64,000 nucleotides of DNA from Octopus vulgaris (lineage: Eukaryota): positions 18,104,001 through 18,168,000 of the forward strand of contig OX597838.1 in assembly GCA_951406725.2 (NCBI GenBank). Reading direction: 5' to 3'. The translations under genes were made by a program, and so were the position numbers. The notes beneath the pieces were generated by a model, which made no database searches, was not told the DNA's origin, and worked only from the letters and a program-made list of their open reading frames with translations. Shown one piece after another: positions 1-14,911 of the stretch. Position 1 is the first letter of the stretch. Every line of letters starts with the position of its first letter.

Positions 1-386
1 CATTTCAAATGCGTGTGTACGCGTGGGGGAGGAGGGGTAAATCGCCTCTAAATATACCAAGCCAAATGAGCAGATTATATAAGAGAACTCTTCATTGGCT
101 GTAAACGTTTATAGTTGTTGTTGCAGTTGTTCTGTGCAGAAGGATTACTGAACGCGGTTGGGTGTACATTGATTAAGTGACGTGAACACACGGAAAAAAT
201 GCTCGTATCATGTTTCTTCTGATAATGTAATTACTGGTTTGATAGCTACTTTGAAGTAGACAGACGTACATACATGCTGATGCATAGGCACATGCGTAAA
301 CGGATCGACGCAAACACATATGCGAATGTATATATGTGTATATACTTATGCATCTCTCTCTCTCTCTCACTATATATATATAGATA

Positions 387-440
<54 letters not shown>

Positions 441-767
441 ATTTTTTCACAAGAATAGTATTAACAATGATTGCTAAGCCCTCGATGATGGCATAACAGG
501 ACGGAATTTTGAAAACGCTCAGTGTTATTCTCGCTTAAAAATAATACATAATATGTGGTCTAAAAAAAAATTATGAGCAATACATCCGCCTTATGTAAAA
601 TTATAACTCGACTTAAGAGCAAACTCACACACACTTCCGCGCGTACACACACACAAAATTAACAGAGGAGCCAACGGAAATTGCTAAAACTGACGTCAAT
701 ATTAAGAATTCTCTATTGGCATTTCTTGGACAATTAAGTTCCCTGTCAATTAAGTTCCCTTCATTCA

Positions 768-887
<120 letters not shown>

Positions 888-1211
888 ATATATATATAGG
901 CGGTGAGCTGGCAGAATGCTTTACGGCATTTCGACCGGCCTTATGCTCTGAGTTCAAATTCCGCCGAGAACCACTTTGCCTTTCATCCTTTCGATAAGTT
1001 ATGTACCAGTCATTTACTTGAATAGATTTAATCGACTCCCTCCGCCACCCCCACCAAATTTCAGATCTTTTGCCTGTAGTAGAAAGGATTATATTCTATC
1101 ATATATTATGTTGTCTGGGTTGACGTAGCACTCGTCCAGTGCTCGAGCATTGCAGACCTGTGGGTTTATGTCGAACACCGGCTGTTAAATGAATCCATCG
1201 GGTACATCCAG

Positions 1212-1458
1212 TGGAGGCGCGTGGCCTAGTGGTTAGGGTGTTGAACTCATGATCGTAAGGTTTTGGTTTCGATTCTTGGACCGGGCGATGCGTTGTGTTC
1301 TTGAGCAAAACACTTCATTTCACGTTGCTGCAGTCCACTCAGCTGGCAAAAATGAGTAACGCTGCGACGGACCGGCGTCCCGTCCAGGTGGGGAATTTCT
1401 ACGCCACTGAAACTGGGAAACCGGCCCTTATGAGCCTGGCATGGCTCGAGAAGGAACA
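1212..1458 (+). mobile_element. tRNA-derived SINE family 3
   Basis: A box TGGCCTAGTGG, B box GTTTCGATTC. Other copies at 27586-28096 and 39290-39550. Confidence 0.85.
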
Positions 1459-2047
1459 TATCGGGAACAACTCCCGCTGCCTTCCTTTAACCAGGAAGGA
1501 AAAGGTTGTTTTTATATGCCTGGTGGCCATGGCGAAAGCGGTTGCATGGTGGACGAGATTGAAGGGGCTGAAGACAAACACTTTTCTCTTTGGTCAATCC
1601 CTGATGAACTTCTTCAAGTTTCACTTGAAAAGGAAAATAAGGGTAGAAAGGGAAGCGTTGTCTTCTAGCTAGTTTGCTGAAAAGTGGACGAAAGTGGCGA
1701 GAATGGTGCGAGTGAATGGACCTGCCCTGAGCATACGCCTGTAGTTGGAAAAAAAAAAGCACCTGCCCCAAAAGTCAGGGTACCCATGGTTTTTTTTATG
1801 GGGCTTTTTCCATGAGCAACCCTCGAATGTCTACTCCCTATTGAGGACAAACATTGATTTTAAAAAAATTTTATGGGTCTTGTTTACACGCAAAACCCTT
1901 ACAACACCCACTCACACACATACACACGCATTCTTTGTTTTGTCTTGTACTGTCCATAATGTTTTTCTTAATTTAAACCCTTGTGGTTAATAAAGAAATC
2001 ATCATCGTCATTATTATTAGTGTTATTATTATTACTATTATTATTCT
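1459..2047 (+). mobile_element. L1/Tx1-like LINE ORF2 C-terminus plus 3' UTR and (TTA)n tail
   Basis: FICLVAMAKAVAWWTR...FHLKRKIRVEREALSSS*FAEKW pattern, then AATAAA and a (TTA)n tail. Confidence 0.55.
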
Positions 2048-2556
2048 TGAGTGAGAGAGCAGTGCATGCCATCAAAGTGACCCTGGGGTAAAATATACAA
2101 AGCCCAGTATACCCATCAGGACGGCCCGTCTAAGGGTACACCAGGCTCATGTATCATAACCACATGTGTGCGACATGGTGATCTCATATCAAGATAAACA
2201 GCACGTGACCTTGCAGGTGGGGCCCAGTTAGAATTTTCTTCAGGTTTCGTAACCCATCCCTCTCAAAAGGTCACAGAATAAGGGTTGTTTAAGGATGTTG
2301 AACGAAACACCCATGTTTCCAGAGGTGAATTATTCGAACCCCAAAGAATCCCTCTCAACACATGGCTATGATGTTATCCAACTACTTCTGCTCGTGATCA
2401 GAGAGGCACATATCGTCAGCCACAAAGGGACATGGTCAACTGGTTAAGGTCAAACAACTGACAAGCAAATCTGTGGTATTGAGCAGAATATTTGCTGTAG
2501 CCCATCTTTTATACTAAGACAAAACAATGTACATGATAACACTTCCAATCAGTTAA

Positions 2557-2612
<56 letters not shown>

Positions 2613-2941
2613 GTAGTAGTAGTAGTAGTAGTAGTAGTAATTTTGTGTACGGGCGACAGATTAAAGGATATTACAGGGACTGGTTATTGAAAAGCGTGGT
2701 GGCTGACGAGGAAGAATTTAGCATAGAAGAACGCTACATTTATCGCATGACTCACTTGGGAAAAACTTGACATTTATTATTTGTTATCGAGATAGTATAT
2801 AGGAAACGTTGCCAGTGGTCTGACTTGACTTATGAGAAGATGAAGAAGATGAAGAAGAAGAATGGCATGCCTAGCCCTCACACACAGACACACACACATA
2901 TATATATATATATATATCTCTATGTGTGTGTGTGTATGTAA

Positions 2942-3027
<86 letters not shown>

Positions 3028-3052
3028 ATATATATATGTATGTATGTATATA

Positions 3053-3098
<46 letters not shown>

Positions 3099-3319
3099 AA
3101 TATGTATATATATTCATATATATGTATATATATTTGTATATATGTATGTATGTATGTATGTATAAATGTATATATACATTTATAACTCCAAACTTACAGG
3201 GAAAAATTCAATTTAGTATTAAATCAAATTTCACAATGTCTTATCATATATTTTATTTTTTCTATATAGTGTGATTTACGTCTATCATTGTTTGAATTAC
3301 ATAATAGTGGCTTTCTCTA

Positions 3320-3352
<33 letters not shown>

Positions 3353-3463
3353 CATATACACACATATATATATATGCGCATGCATGTATGAATGCGTATT
3401 GTAGTGCGTATAAGTGTACCTTTACAAATTTTTGATGCGTGTTTATGTGATTGTGCTTGTGTG

Positions 3464-3555
<92 letters not shown>

Positions 3556-4172
3556 AATGATAAGAAACATTTGTAGTTTTAATGAAAATCATATTACAAA
3601 AATAAATGCCTTAAATTTTCTCTTTCTCAAAAAAAAAAAGAGGAAAGAGATCTCTGCCCACACACCCAAAACATGTACACCAATATATACGTACACACAT
3701 ACAGAGACAGACAATCATAGATATACACACAGAGGAAATACCTGAAAGTTTTCACAATCAAGATATCACGGCCACCAACAAAGCCAAAGAGCGTAATATT
3801 TTTAAAGCGTCAAGATTATTTGAGGCTATTGTTAGTAATAAAATAAATCCGGTTATCACTTATAGGCAAAAGTTGCCTGACGCTAATTCACCCATTGCAT
3901 GTAATAATGCTCCCATCCTTACATAATTGTGCCACTCGTAACTAACCCCATTGTCCCTTTTGTTTCTTGTAAAGGGATTTTTTTTTAAAGCTGAAATACT
4001 GAAGTGTAAAGTTCATTCAATTGTTTTTGCTTTCCTTTTGGCTTTCGCTTAGATGAGTGTGTACACGCGTATGTATTCATGTCTCAATGTCATTATGTCT
4101 ATGACTGAATATATTAATGAATATGTACGTATTCCTGTATATGTCTACTTGAGTGTGTGAGTGTATATGTAT

Positions 4173-4204
<32 letters not shown>

Positions 4205-4513
4205 GTATTTTTAGTTTATGTATCTGTGTTTATATATATATGCATATATGTGTGCGTATATACATATATGTATGTATATTTATTATTATGTGGCTGTATA
4301 TAAATATATATATAAATGTATATGTATATAGTATATATATACATATATAAGTATATGATTATATATATATATATATATACATATACTTATATATGTATAT
4401 ATATATACTATATATACAGTATATATAGTATGTATAAATATATATATAGTATATATATATATATATATATATGTGTATGTATATATTTATGTATGTATGT
4501 ATGTCTGTATGTA

Positions 4514-4552
<39 letters not shown>

Positions 4553-5389
4553 CAAAAGGGCTAGTAGAATCCAAAATTACAGCTCACTGCCTAAGAATTG
4601 AACCCAAATCACTGTGGCGGACGAAAAGCGAGTATAAACTCGAAAAGAGGATTTCGTCAAGGATTGATGACATTAACGAGTAGCTGGCCAATCAAGTCCT
4701 TGGTAGACGCATCTTATCAGTCAGTAGGCACGTCGATTGACCCGGCAGGGTTAGAATTCGAATCTTTGTAAAGAACATAATGGAAGTTCATTAGCGATTT
4801 TGACTTTGGGGTCCTTTCTTTGATAGGCCATTACGTTTATACGTGCATCATTTGTCTGGTGACAGTGTAGTGGTTGTAACGAAGCCGAACCAATGCCTGC
4901 TGGACGTTACGCTACTTACCAGGCTACGAAAATTGGACGGTTTCAACAATCCTCTGTCGTTGCTGGGACAGACATCTTGCACGGACACACACGAGCTGAC
5001 TCATTCGGTTGCAAATAGCCTCTTTTCAATCGTCTTTGCAATGCCATTCATTGTTTTGTTAAAGGGTAAAATAAATATTTTTGTATTTGGACTTCACACA
5101 GATTTTTTTTTTGTTTGTTCTGAAAACGAACGAAGAAAATTTGTCATTTCACACACACACACACAAACACACACACTATCACACTCACACACACACACAT
5201 ACACTAACACACTCACACACACACACACACATACACACACAAACACACACACATACACACGCACATACACACACACACACACACTCACACACACATACAC
5301 ACACAAACACACACACACACATACACATACAAACACACACACAAACACACACACTAACACACTCAACACACACACACACACACACACGT

Positions 5390-5422
<33 letters not shown>

Positions 5423-5447
5423 CACACACTAACACACACACACACAC

Positions 5448-5507
<60 letters not shown>

Positions 5508-5851
5508 GCACGTACACAAATACGCGCACGCACTAGACTGGTGTCTTGAAATGAAATAGGTGGAAAAAGTCAACAGGAAACCACTTTTATATTCTCTCAC
5601 GTAAATTCAATGACAAACACAAAGCGCTCTGCATGGAACCATCCTGTTGTCACTTGTCGACGTGATAACGCAGAGGACGTGCTAAGAGCATTTCTCTATA
5701 TTTTCTTGTAAAGAGGGAAAATTCCTTAACGAACACCTGTGTTTGTACTAGTGTATTGGTACGATAATATCAACGTAATAGGAAGTAATAGTCTTCCCTC
5801 TCCCTCCCTCTCTTTCTCTCTCTCTCACACACACACATGCCTATATATATG

Positions 5852-5921
<70 letters not shown>

Positions 5922-6060
5922 AAAACTTATATATAAAGAACGTGAAATTCACGAATTGACAAACACGGAAAAACGGACAGTAATTCAGAGCACTTCATTC
6001 TTCAGTCAGAAACCGATTCATCATGGCAAATTTCGGCTGTTTATACATACATACATACAT

Positions 6061-6148
<88 letters not shown>

Positions 6149-6165
6149 TATTATAATATATATAT

Positions 6166-6388
6166 ATTCTTTTACTCTTTTACTTGTTTCAGGCATTTGG
6201 CTGCGGCCATGCTGGAACACCGCCTTTAGTCGAGCACATCGACTCCCAGGACTTATTCTTTGTAAGCCTAGTACTTATTCTATCGGTCTCTTTTGCCGAA
6301 CCGCTTAGTTACGGGAACGTAAACACACCAGCATCAGTTGTCAAGCGAATTTGGGGGTGACAAAATACAGACACACAAACATATACAT

Positions 6389-6439
<51 letters not shown>

Positions 6440-6577
6440 CATATATACATGCATTTATACGACGGGATTCTTTCAGTTTCAGTCTACCAAATCCACTCAC
6501 AAGGCTTTGGTCGGCACGAGGCTATAGTTGAAGACACTTGCCCAAGATGCCACACAGTGGGACTGAACCCGAAACCA
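6166..6577 (-). mobile_element. tRNA-derived SINE family 1 (CORE-like, internal microsatellite)
   Basis: Matches 20 or more copies in the window. Family head has A box TGGCTGTGTGG, B box GGTTCAGTCCC and CORE-like CCTTGGGCAAGT; tail (GTAAAAGA)n. This copy is 5'-truncated. Confidence 0.85.
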
Positions 6578-7215
6578 TTAAAAGTAAAAATGCTGACAGT
6601 AACATCGAATTTTTGGCTTGATTGCCTTTATAAGACTGTGCCCTACTTGGGTTCCTTTGGTTTCATATAGTCTTTGGCAAGCTTATTTTGGGAGGACATA
6701 GGTGGATCTTTGAGAATGATAATTTGATGTGTCGTAGAGAAGTAGTTGAACAGAAAGAAGGGACAGGATAGGTGTAAAATTTGTCCTTATAGGAGGATGT
6801 AGGTTGAGAGAGAGTTGTAGTAAGGAGATTTATTTTGGTTTGATGCAGGGATTTTGGTATTGTTTACAATTCAGTCAGGCGTGGAAGTAAATGCGTAAAC
6901 AGATGTGTCAAATTCATGTCAGAACATGTGTCGAAGGTTGGTGTTTGTTGTGTTATAGGGACCATGAAAGTATGTTTGCAGACAAATCAGTTCGTCATAC
7001 AACATAAGTCAGGTAGAGGTTGAATTGATGTTTGTGTTAATAGCTTTTTTATAAAGAAGTTTCAAACTGGGTATTTTGGGGAAGGTTAGGAGTGAGGAAG
7101 CTACATTACTATAAATATTTATTAGGGTTGTGCATATATTTTTTTACAAGCGTGGCTAACGAAGACACAAGCCGAAACTTCAAGGTCCTTGACAAGCTGT
7201 TCGTTGTAACATTTA

Positions 7216-7252
<37 letters not shown>

Positions 7253-7305
7253 TGTGTGCCTGTGTGCCTGTGTGTGTACATATATATATATATATATATG
7301 TACAC

Positions 7306-7340
<35 letters not shown>

Positions 7341-7421
7341 ATAGACGGATACACTCGTTTGTGTGTATGCAGTTGTGTACGTACTTACTTGTGTACATAT
7401 GTATTTTCAGTTATACACGAC

Positions 7422-7460
<39 letters not shown>

Positions 7461-7636
7461 ACACACACAGAGTGATGAATAGATAGGTAGACAGATATTT
7501 ATATGTATATATGTGTGTGTGTATGTGTACATACATACACACACATATATAGTGAGATAAACAGATAAGTAGGTATATATATATATGTGTGTGTGTGTAT
7601 ATATATATGTATATATATATATACATATATATATAC

Positions 7637-7689
<53 letters not shown>

Positions 7690-7690
7690 C

Positions 7691-7740
<50 letters not shown>

Positions 7741-8489
7741 GTATATGTAGGTACGTACATACACACACACGTAAATTGGTGTGTGCGTTTCGATGCACAG
7801 TAGATAGAAATAGACATGTAGAAACGCACATGCTCTCACTAGCAAGTACTTAAAAGCATACATAGATATATTCATCTATAAACACACACACACACACACA
7901 CACAAGCTCTCGCACATACATGAAGCAGCAGCCAGTCTATACACCTAGATACCTGCATACACAAAAGCCAGCTCCCCCCCACCCCACACACATACACACA
8001 CACCATCTGCTTAAACAGACACCTGGAAAATTAATTAGCCAATTTTTTTTTTCGTTGTATTTTCTCTCCACACCTGACTGACTTTAGCATGTTTATATTG
8101 GTGAAAACAACATAGCTTTGCTTCAGTGGTATTGTCTTATCGTAGAATTATCTCAATGGTACCATTTTTGATAATGGTATTTTATATAATACAGCCATAA
8201 AAATGGTATCAGATATACTATATTGTGTCGTTAATGGTCTTAGTTATGATAACACGGCAAAAATAGTATTGCTTGTGTATACTATTATCGTGTTGGTGTC
8301 AGTTATGATAACGCTGTTATCAGATATGATAGAGTTACGATAACTCTTATGATATCGTAATTCTTATGGTAACGTGTCTGAATTAAACGCTGGTCGTGTA
8401 ATTATATATTAAACGTCGCAGAAGAGAAATGATTTGGAGGAGAGTACATCTTTTGGGAACATTTGTCTTCTAAGCGAGTGGTGGGGGGA

Positions 8490-8977
8490 GGCGAGAGAAA
8501 AGAGAGAGAGAGAGAGAGAGAAAGAAAGAAAAAAGAGAAAAGGAGACAGAGAGAGAGATATAAAGAAAGAAAGAGTGAGAGAAAGAGAAAGAAAAAAGTG
8601 AGAGAGAGAGAAAATCAAGAGAAAGAGAGAGAGAAAGGTAGAAAAAGAGACAGAGAAAGAGAGAGAGTGAGAGAAAGAGAAAGAAAAAGCGAGAGAGAGA
8701 GAGAGAGAGAGAAAAGTGTGTGAGAGAAAGAAAGAGAGAGAGAGAGAGAGGAAGAAAAATAGAGAGAGAGAAAGAAAGTGAGAGAGATGAAGAAAAAGAG
8801 ACAGAGAGAGAAAGAAAGAGAAAGAGTGAGAGAATGAGAAAGAAAAAGTGAGAGAGAGAGAAAAGCAAGAGAGAAAGAGAGAGAGAAAGAAAGAGAGAGA
8901 GAGCGAGAGAGAAAGAGGAAGAAAAATAGAGAGAGAGAGAGAGAAAGAAAGACAGAGAGAGAGAGAGAGGAAGAAAA

Positions 8978-9016
<39 letters not shown>

Positions 9017-9345
9017 AAGAGAAAGAAAGAGAGAGCGGTGACAGTTCTTGTTCGTTATATGGCAGTCCTTGTCTATCAAACGTGTTCCAGCTGTTACTCT
9101 CTTTCTCTCTCTTGCTCTCTCTGTTTCTCTATTTTCACTCTCTATTTCTCTTAGTCGCTTTCTCTCCTTTTCTCTTTTTCTCTATCTCTTCCCTTCTCTA
9201 TTTCTCTCTCCCCTTTCCCCCGCTCTCTCTTAACCTTTGTCTCTCTTCTCCCCTATTTCTCCCTATCTGTTTCTCTCTTTACCTCTCACTTTCTCTCTTT
9301 ACCTCTCTCTTTCTCTCTTCTCACTCTCTCCCCCTCTCTCTTCCA
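8490..9345. repeat. (GA)-rich tract followed by (CT)-rich tract
   Basis: 8490-9035 is purine-rich; 9095-9345 is pyrimidine-rich. Confidence 0.9.
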
Positions 9346-9858
9346 CCACACTATATAATATATCTGGTTTTTTTTATTACCCACAAGGGGCTAAACACAG
9401 AGGGGACAAACAAGGACAGACAAACGGATTAAGTCGATTACATCGACCCCAGTGCGTAACTGGTACTTAATTTATCGACCCCGGAAAGATGAAAGGCAAA
9501 GTCGACCTCGGCGGAATTTGAACTCAGAACGTAACGGCAGACGAAATACTACTATCCCTTTCTTAAAGACACTGGTGTATACTTAGAGTTACAATTGTCT
9601 CCTATATCTGTCATGTCAAAACACGGAGCACCCCTCATTGGTTCAAATAACTTGTGATATATCGTGTTACCAGTTAAAGACCCAACTTACTCGCTGAAAG
9701 CATTAATACACGTTTGAAGGTTATCAGAATGCTAACCGTTATAATAAACTGTAATAGTGGTCTCAGCTAGAAAAAAACTGTCTGAGAATGATATTTCTTA
9801 TGATTCACAGGTGCAGACTTGGTTATGTGGTCAAGAACCTTGCTTTGCTACGCATGTG

Positions 9859-10211
9859 GTTTCTGCCAGCGTGCTAACGTTTCTGCCTGCGTGCTTACGT
9901 TTCTGCCAGCGTGCTAACGTTTCTGCCAGCGTGCTAACGTTTCTACCAGCGTGCTAACGTTTCTGGCAGCGTGCTAACGTTTCTGCCAGCGTACTAACGT
10001 TTCTGCCAGCGTGCTAACGTTTCTGCCAGCGTGCTAACGTTTCTAGCCAGCGTGCTAACGTTTCTGGCTGCGTGCTAACGTTTCTGCCAGCGTGCTAACG
10101 TTTCTGCCAGCGTGCTAACGTTTCTGCCAGCGTGCTAACGTTTCCGCCGGCGTGCTAACGTTTCTGGCAGCGTGCTAACGTTTCTGCCAGCGTGCTAACG
10201 TTTCTGCCAGC
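9859..10211. repeat. 20-bp minisatellite, ~17 copies, derived from a SINE A-box
   Basis: Unit gtttctgccagcgtgctaac; the array ends in the reverse complement of the family-2 SINE 5' end (ctcgtcgcc). Confidence 0.92.
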
Positions 10212-10612
10212 TCGTCGCCTTGTTGTTTAGCCTCAGGTTAACTATGATCCTGTAGCTTACACAATTTAAAATGATTTAACATTTACATTCACAAAAATCG
10301 CATAACAACTTCAGCGTAAGCACACCACCACTGGTTGTTAAGCGGTGGTGGGGGACAAACACAGACAGAAAGACGCGGATAGACTTCTTTCTGTTTCCGT
10401 CTACCAGATCCACTCACAAGGTTTCGGTCGGCCCGAGGTTAAGGCGTCACGTAAGTGAGATCGCATCCGGGATGAAGGATCTGGTTGAAAAGCAAGCTTC
10501 TTACCACACAGCCACGCCTGTATTACAGACATTAGGCTGCAGCCATGCTGGAGTACCGCTTTAAAAAATTTCATGCATGTATATATGTATGTATATGTAT
10601 GTGTGTGTGTGT

Positions 10613-10652
<40 letters not shown>

Positions 10653-10860
10653 CTGTACGAGGTTATGTATGTGTGTTTAGCTCCGAAAGGCTCCGAAACG
10701 GTAGGTCCCCGAGAAAAACGAGTTTGATTTTCGAAAGTGCGTCTCCAAGAGAAAGTTGTCTTTAAATAGTAATTTATTTATTTATGCGACTTTTTCAAGC
10801 CTAGTCACGGGCCTGGTTCCCCGGTTTCTGTGGCGTATGAGGTTTTAATTTGTTTGATTT

Positions 10861-11204
10861 ACAGTTTTGTCTACTTTCGACTTGACTTGACACAGTTTTG
10901 TCTACGTTCGACTTGATACAGTTTTGTCTACTTTCGACTTGACACAATTTTGTCTACTTTCGACTTGACATAGTTTTGTCTACTTTCGACTTGACACAGT
11001 TTTGTCTACTTTCGACTTGACACACTTTTGTCTACTTTCGACTTGACACAATTTTGTCTACTTTCGACTTGACAGTTTTGTCTACTTTCGACTTGACACA
11101 ATTTTGTCTACTTTCGACTTGACACAGTTTTGTCTACTTTCGACTTGACACACTTTTGTCTACTTTCGACTTGACACACTTTTGTCTACGTTCGACTTGA
11201 CACA
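10861..11204. repeat. 26-bp minisatellite, 13 copies
   Basis: Unit acagttttgtctactttcgacttgac. Confidence 0.95.
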
Positions 11205-11475
11205 TCATTGAAACGATAGCATTAACAAAAAGAAATTATTCAACATGGCTTTAATCTTTTTTTTCATTCACCCACACAGAATCTCAGCTGTAACAAAATA
11301 TACGGGGGGGGGGACTGTTCTATAAATACCTTTTCTTATCTTTGATTTTAATTCGTTATTTTTCAAGGATTATCGGTCGTTGACATAACTTTATTCGACG
11401 ATAAATTAATATAAAAAACGCTCGTTACCATAATTTTCGTTACCAATAGGTATACTTTAAATATATAATGTATAC

Positions 11476-11549
<74 letters not shown>

Positions 11550-11744
11550 CTCACTAAACACGAGTTTTTAATGAGTCGTGGCAAACTGCAGCTGGTCTTA
11601 TTCTACTGAACTGGTTTACATTAGACGAACCCGCAATTTGTTACGAATCATTAAAATTGTTGAACAAATCCCGGCGTTATATTATATTTTGAGTCTTTTA
11701 ATTTGATAGCAGCTACTTGGTTCATTAATGGCCCCTTCTAGTAC

Positions 11745-11969
11745 GTACGTACGTATGTATGTATGTATGTATGTATGTATGTATGTATGTATGTATGTAT
11801 GTATGTATGTATGTATGTATGTATGTATGTATGTATGTATGTATGTATGTATGTATGTATGTATGTGTGTATGTATGTGTGTATGTATGTATGTGTGTAT
11901 GTATGTATGTATGTATGTATGTGTGTATGTGTGTATGTATGTGTGTATGTATGTATGTGTGTATGTATG

Positions 11970-12003
<34 letters not shown>

Positions 12004-12005
12004 TG

Positions 12006-12039
<34 letters not shown>

Positions 12040-12273
12040 TGTGTGTATGCATGTATGTATGTATGTATGTATGTATGTATGTATGCATGTATGCATGTGT
12101 ATGTATGTATGTATGTATGTATGTATGTATGTATGCATGTATGTATGTATGTATGTATGTATGTATGTATGTATGTATGCATGTATGTATGTATGCATGT
12201 ATGTATGTATGCATGTATGTATGTATGTATGTATGCATGTATGTATGTATGTATGTATGTATGTATGTATGCA
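11745..12273. repeat. (TATG)n microsatellite, ~530 bp
   Basis: Direct inspection. Confidence 0.95.
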
Positions 12274-12633
12274 TCGTTCGGTTTCCTTGTATGTCTCCAT
12301 TGTCCTGTTTTTGTTCCCAACTTTGACCCTCCATAAATCCCAAATTTTATTTTGGTATTTATGGGAGCAACTGTCTTCGAAGACTCATATTGTCGTTCAG
12401 TGCTCGAAACGAGGAGTAGACAAACAGCCTACAACTGATGAAGGGTCGTTCTTTGTGTTACTTGTCCTGTTTTCCATTTGTTTCTCTCGCTGTTTGCGTA
12501 CTGAGCTCATTTATTTTCGTATTTCATGTTGTCTAATGTTGGTGACGTCCTGTACCCATATATATATATCGTGTGTACCGTTGGCGATTTTTTTTCCTCT
12601 GTCTTCCCTTCTCTGGATCTTTCCTTCTCCTAT

Positions 12634-12668
12634 GTTTCCGACGAAGAGCTCCGCTCGAAACGTTAAGC
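12634..12668 (+). ncRNA. Minimal hammerhead motif, core-mutated (U4->C)
   Basis: GUUU CCGACGA A GAGC-UCC-GCUC GAAA CG UU^ AAGC, with palindromic AACGUU stem III. Lies in a ~490-bp T-rich non-coding element (12275-12766). Confidence 0.5.
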
Positions 12669-12773
12669 CCGCCTTCTTTCCTTCTTTCCTGAGCGTCCAA
12701 TAATATTATATTTGTTCCACGTCCTCGCGTTTTTGTGTTTTTTTGTGCTTTCATGTTTGGATTAACAGACACA

Positions 12774-12829
<56 letters not shown>

Positions 12830-13621
12830 CATATACACGACAGGCTTCCTTCAGTTTCCGTCTACCAAATCCACTCACAAGGCTTTGGTCGGCCCTAGGC
12901 TATAGTAGAAGACACTTGCCCAAAGGTGCCACGCAGTGGGACTGAACCCGGAACCATGTGGCTGGTAAGCAAGCTACTTACCACACAGCCATTCCTTTCT
13001 TTATTTATCCTGTTTTCTTATAGTCTAAATGTGTTTTACAAATAACCGCCCCCTACTCGCACATGCATACCTACTCATAACACACCCTTCCAACCCTCCC
13101 CCAGTTATGTGATAGTGATACACTTCAGCGTACACATATCTCCCTATAAATCTACACATCTATGTGTACACACACACGCGTGTATATGTATGTATGCATT
13201 TGTATACAATGTGCGTATACATGTAAGTATATAATGTATGTACGTATATATATATATAATGTATGTATGTATATAATGTGTGTATGCATACATGTATGTA
13301 TATATGTGTGTGTATATATATATATATATGTATTATAATTATACGTATGTATATGAATATGCTTGTTAATGTATGTCTGTCTGCTTGTCTGTGTATATGT
13401 ACGTATATATGTATATAATGTATGTATGTATATATGTGTATTATAATCATACGTGTATACATGAATATGCTTGTTACTGTGTGTGTGTGTGTATGCGTGT
13501 GTCTGTCTGCTTGTTTGTGTATATGTACGTATATATGTATGTATATAAAGTATGTATGTGTATATGCATGTATATATGTGTATTATCATTATACGTATAT
13601 ATATATATATAAATATGCTTG

Positions 13622-13657
<36 letters not shown>

Positions 13658-13849
13658 CTTGTCTGTGTATATATACGTATATGTCTCTGTGTGTTTGTGC
13701 GCGTGTATATAAAAAGTGTTATGGTGGTGTGTTTATTCTCAGGGAGTTTCTCAAAACACAGAGCGGAATGTTAGTAATTCCTTGAGAGGTTTTCAGCACA
13801 GAGACCAGATCCGTCTTTCCTTGCCCACCACACCTTCCCATGCCTCTTC

Positions 13850-13897
13850 TCCTCCTCCCCCCTCCTCCGCACCACCACCACCACCACAACCACCGCC

Positions 13898-13965
<68 letters not shown>

Positions 13966-13975
13966 CACCACCACC

Positions 13976-14021
<46 letters not shown>

Positions 14022-14100
14022 CCACCACCACCACCACCGCCGCCAACGCCGCCACCGCCGCCAACGCCGCCAACGCCGCCAACGCCGCCAACGCTGCCAA
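13850..14100. repeat. Compound trinucleotide/nonanucleotide repeat (CCA, CTA, CAA, CCGCCAACG)
   Basis: Direct inspection. Confidence 0.9.
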
Positions 14101-14389
14101 CACCCGTAGTGCTCTACCTACCACCCACATATCACCTCGACTCCACCCCAAGATACAAGCATCCGCATCATGTTAACGGGCTCCGGTACACATTTTTACC
14201 ATTACTCTTACGGAAGGAAGAAATAAAATAATATCTCTGAAGTGGCAGATTTCAAAGAATGTTCACAATCTATATACAACATCGACCTTGAAGAATTCTA
14301 GGTTGGAAGTTAGGGAGTGTGGTTCAGTCGGTTACGTTTTGGGAATTTCTAGCAGAGACGATTCGACGTTAGAGAACCGGTATCGAATC

Positions 14390-14815
14390 TACTCTCTTTG
14401 CTCTTTTACTTGTTTCAGTCATTTCGACTGTGGCCATGCTGGAGCACCGCCTTTTTATCGAGCAACTCGACCCCGGGACTTATTCCTTTGTAAGCCCAGT
14501 ACTTATTCTATCGGTCTCTTTTTATGCCGAACCGCTAAATGACGGGGACATAAACACACCAGCATCGGTTGTCAAGCAATGCTAGGGGGACAAACACAGA
14601 TACACAAACACACACACGCACATATATATATATATATATATACATATATACGACGGGCTTCTTTCAGTTTCTGTCTACCAAATCCACTCACAAGGTTTTG
14701 GTCGGCCCGAGGCTATAGTAGAAGACACTTGCCCAAGGTGCCACGCAGTGGGACTGAACCCGGAACCATGTGATTGGTTAGCGAGCTACTTACCACACAG
14801 CTACTCCTGCGCCTA
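14390..14815 (-). mobile_element. SINE family 1, full length
   Basis: Family consensus match. Confidence 0.9.
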
Positions 14816-14911
14816 TGGTGAAAACAATTATTTTATTCTTCGAACCGAAGAATATAATATCCAAATATCAGACAAAACAGTTCATTTAACACCCACACAT
14901 CCACACACACA

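Noticed and set aside
21-50. GKS motif as the missing RERG P-loop exon
   Set aside because: Reads AWGRRGKSP with no GxxxVGKS context and no phase-1 donor. The first coding exon was not found in the window.
1601-1632. CTGATGA...GAAA in the LINE fragment (also CTGATGA at 12435, 45181, 48654, 52915)
   Set aside because: Stem geometry is incompatible or GAAA is missing; chance heptamers.
7150-7195. Hammerhead-like CTAACGA...GCCGAAACTTCAAGGTC
   Set aside because: Core, stem I and stem II are all mismatched; possibly a relic but not supportable.
10861-11204. CRISPR-like 26-bp repeats
   Set aside because: Head-to-tail repeats with no spacers.
13716-14231. Proline-rich extensin/formin-like ORF
   Set aside because: Compound microsatellite, open in several frames.
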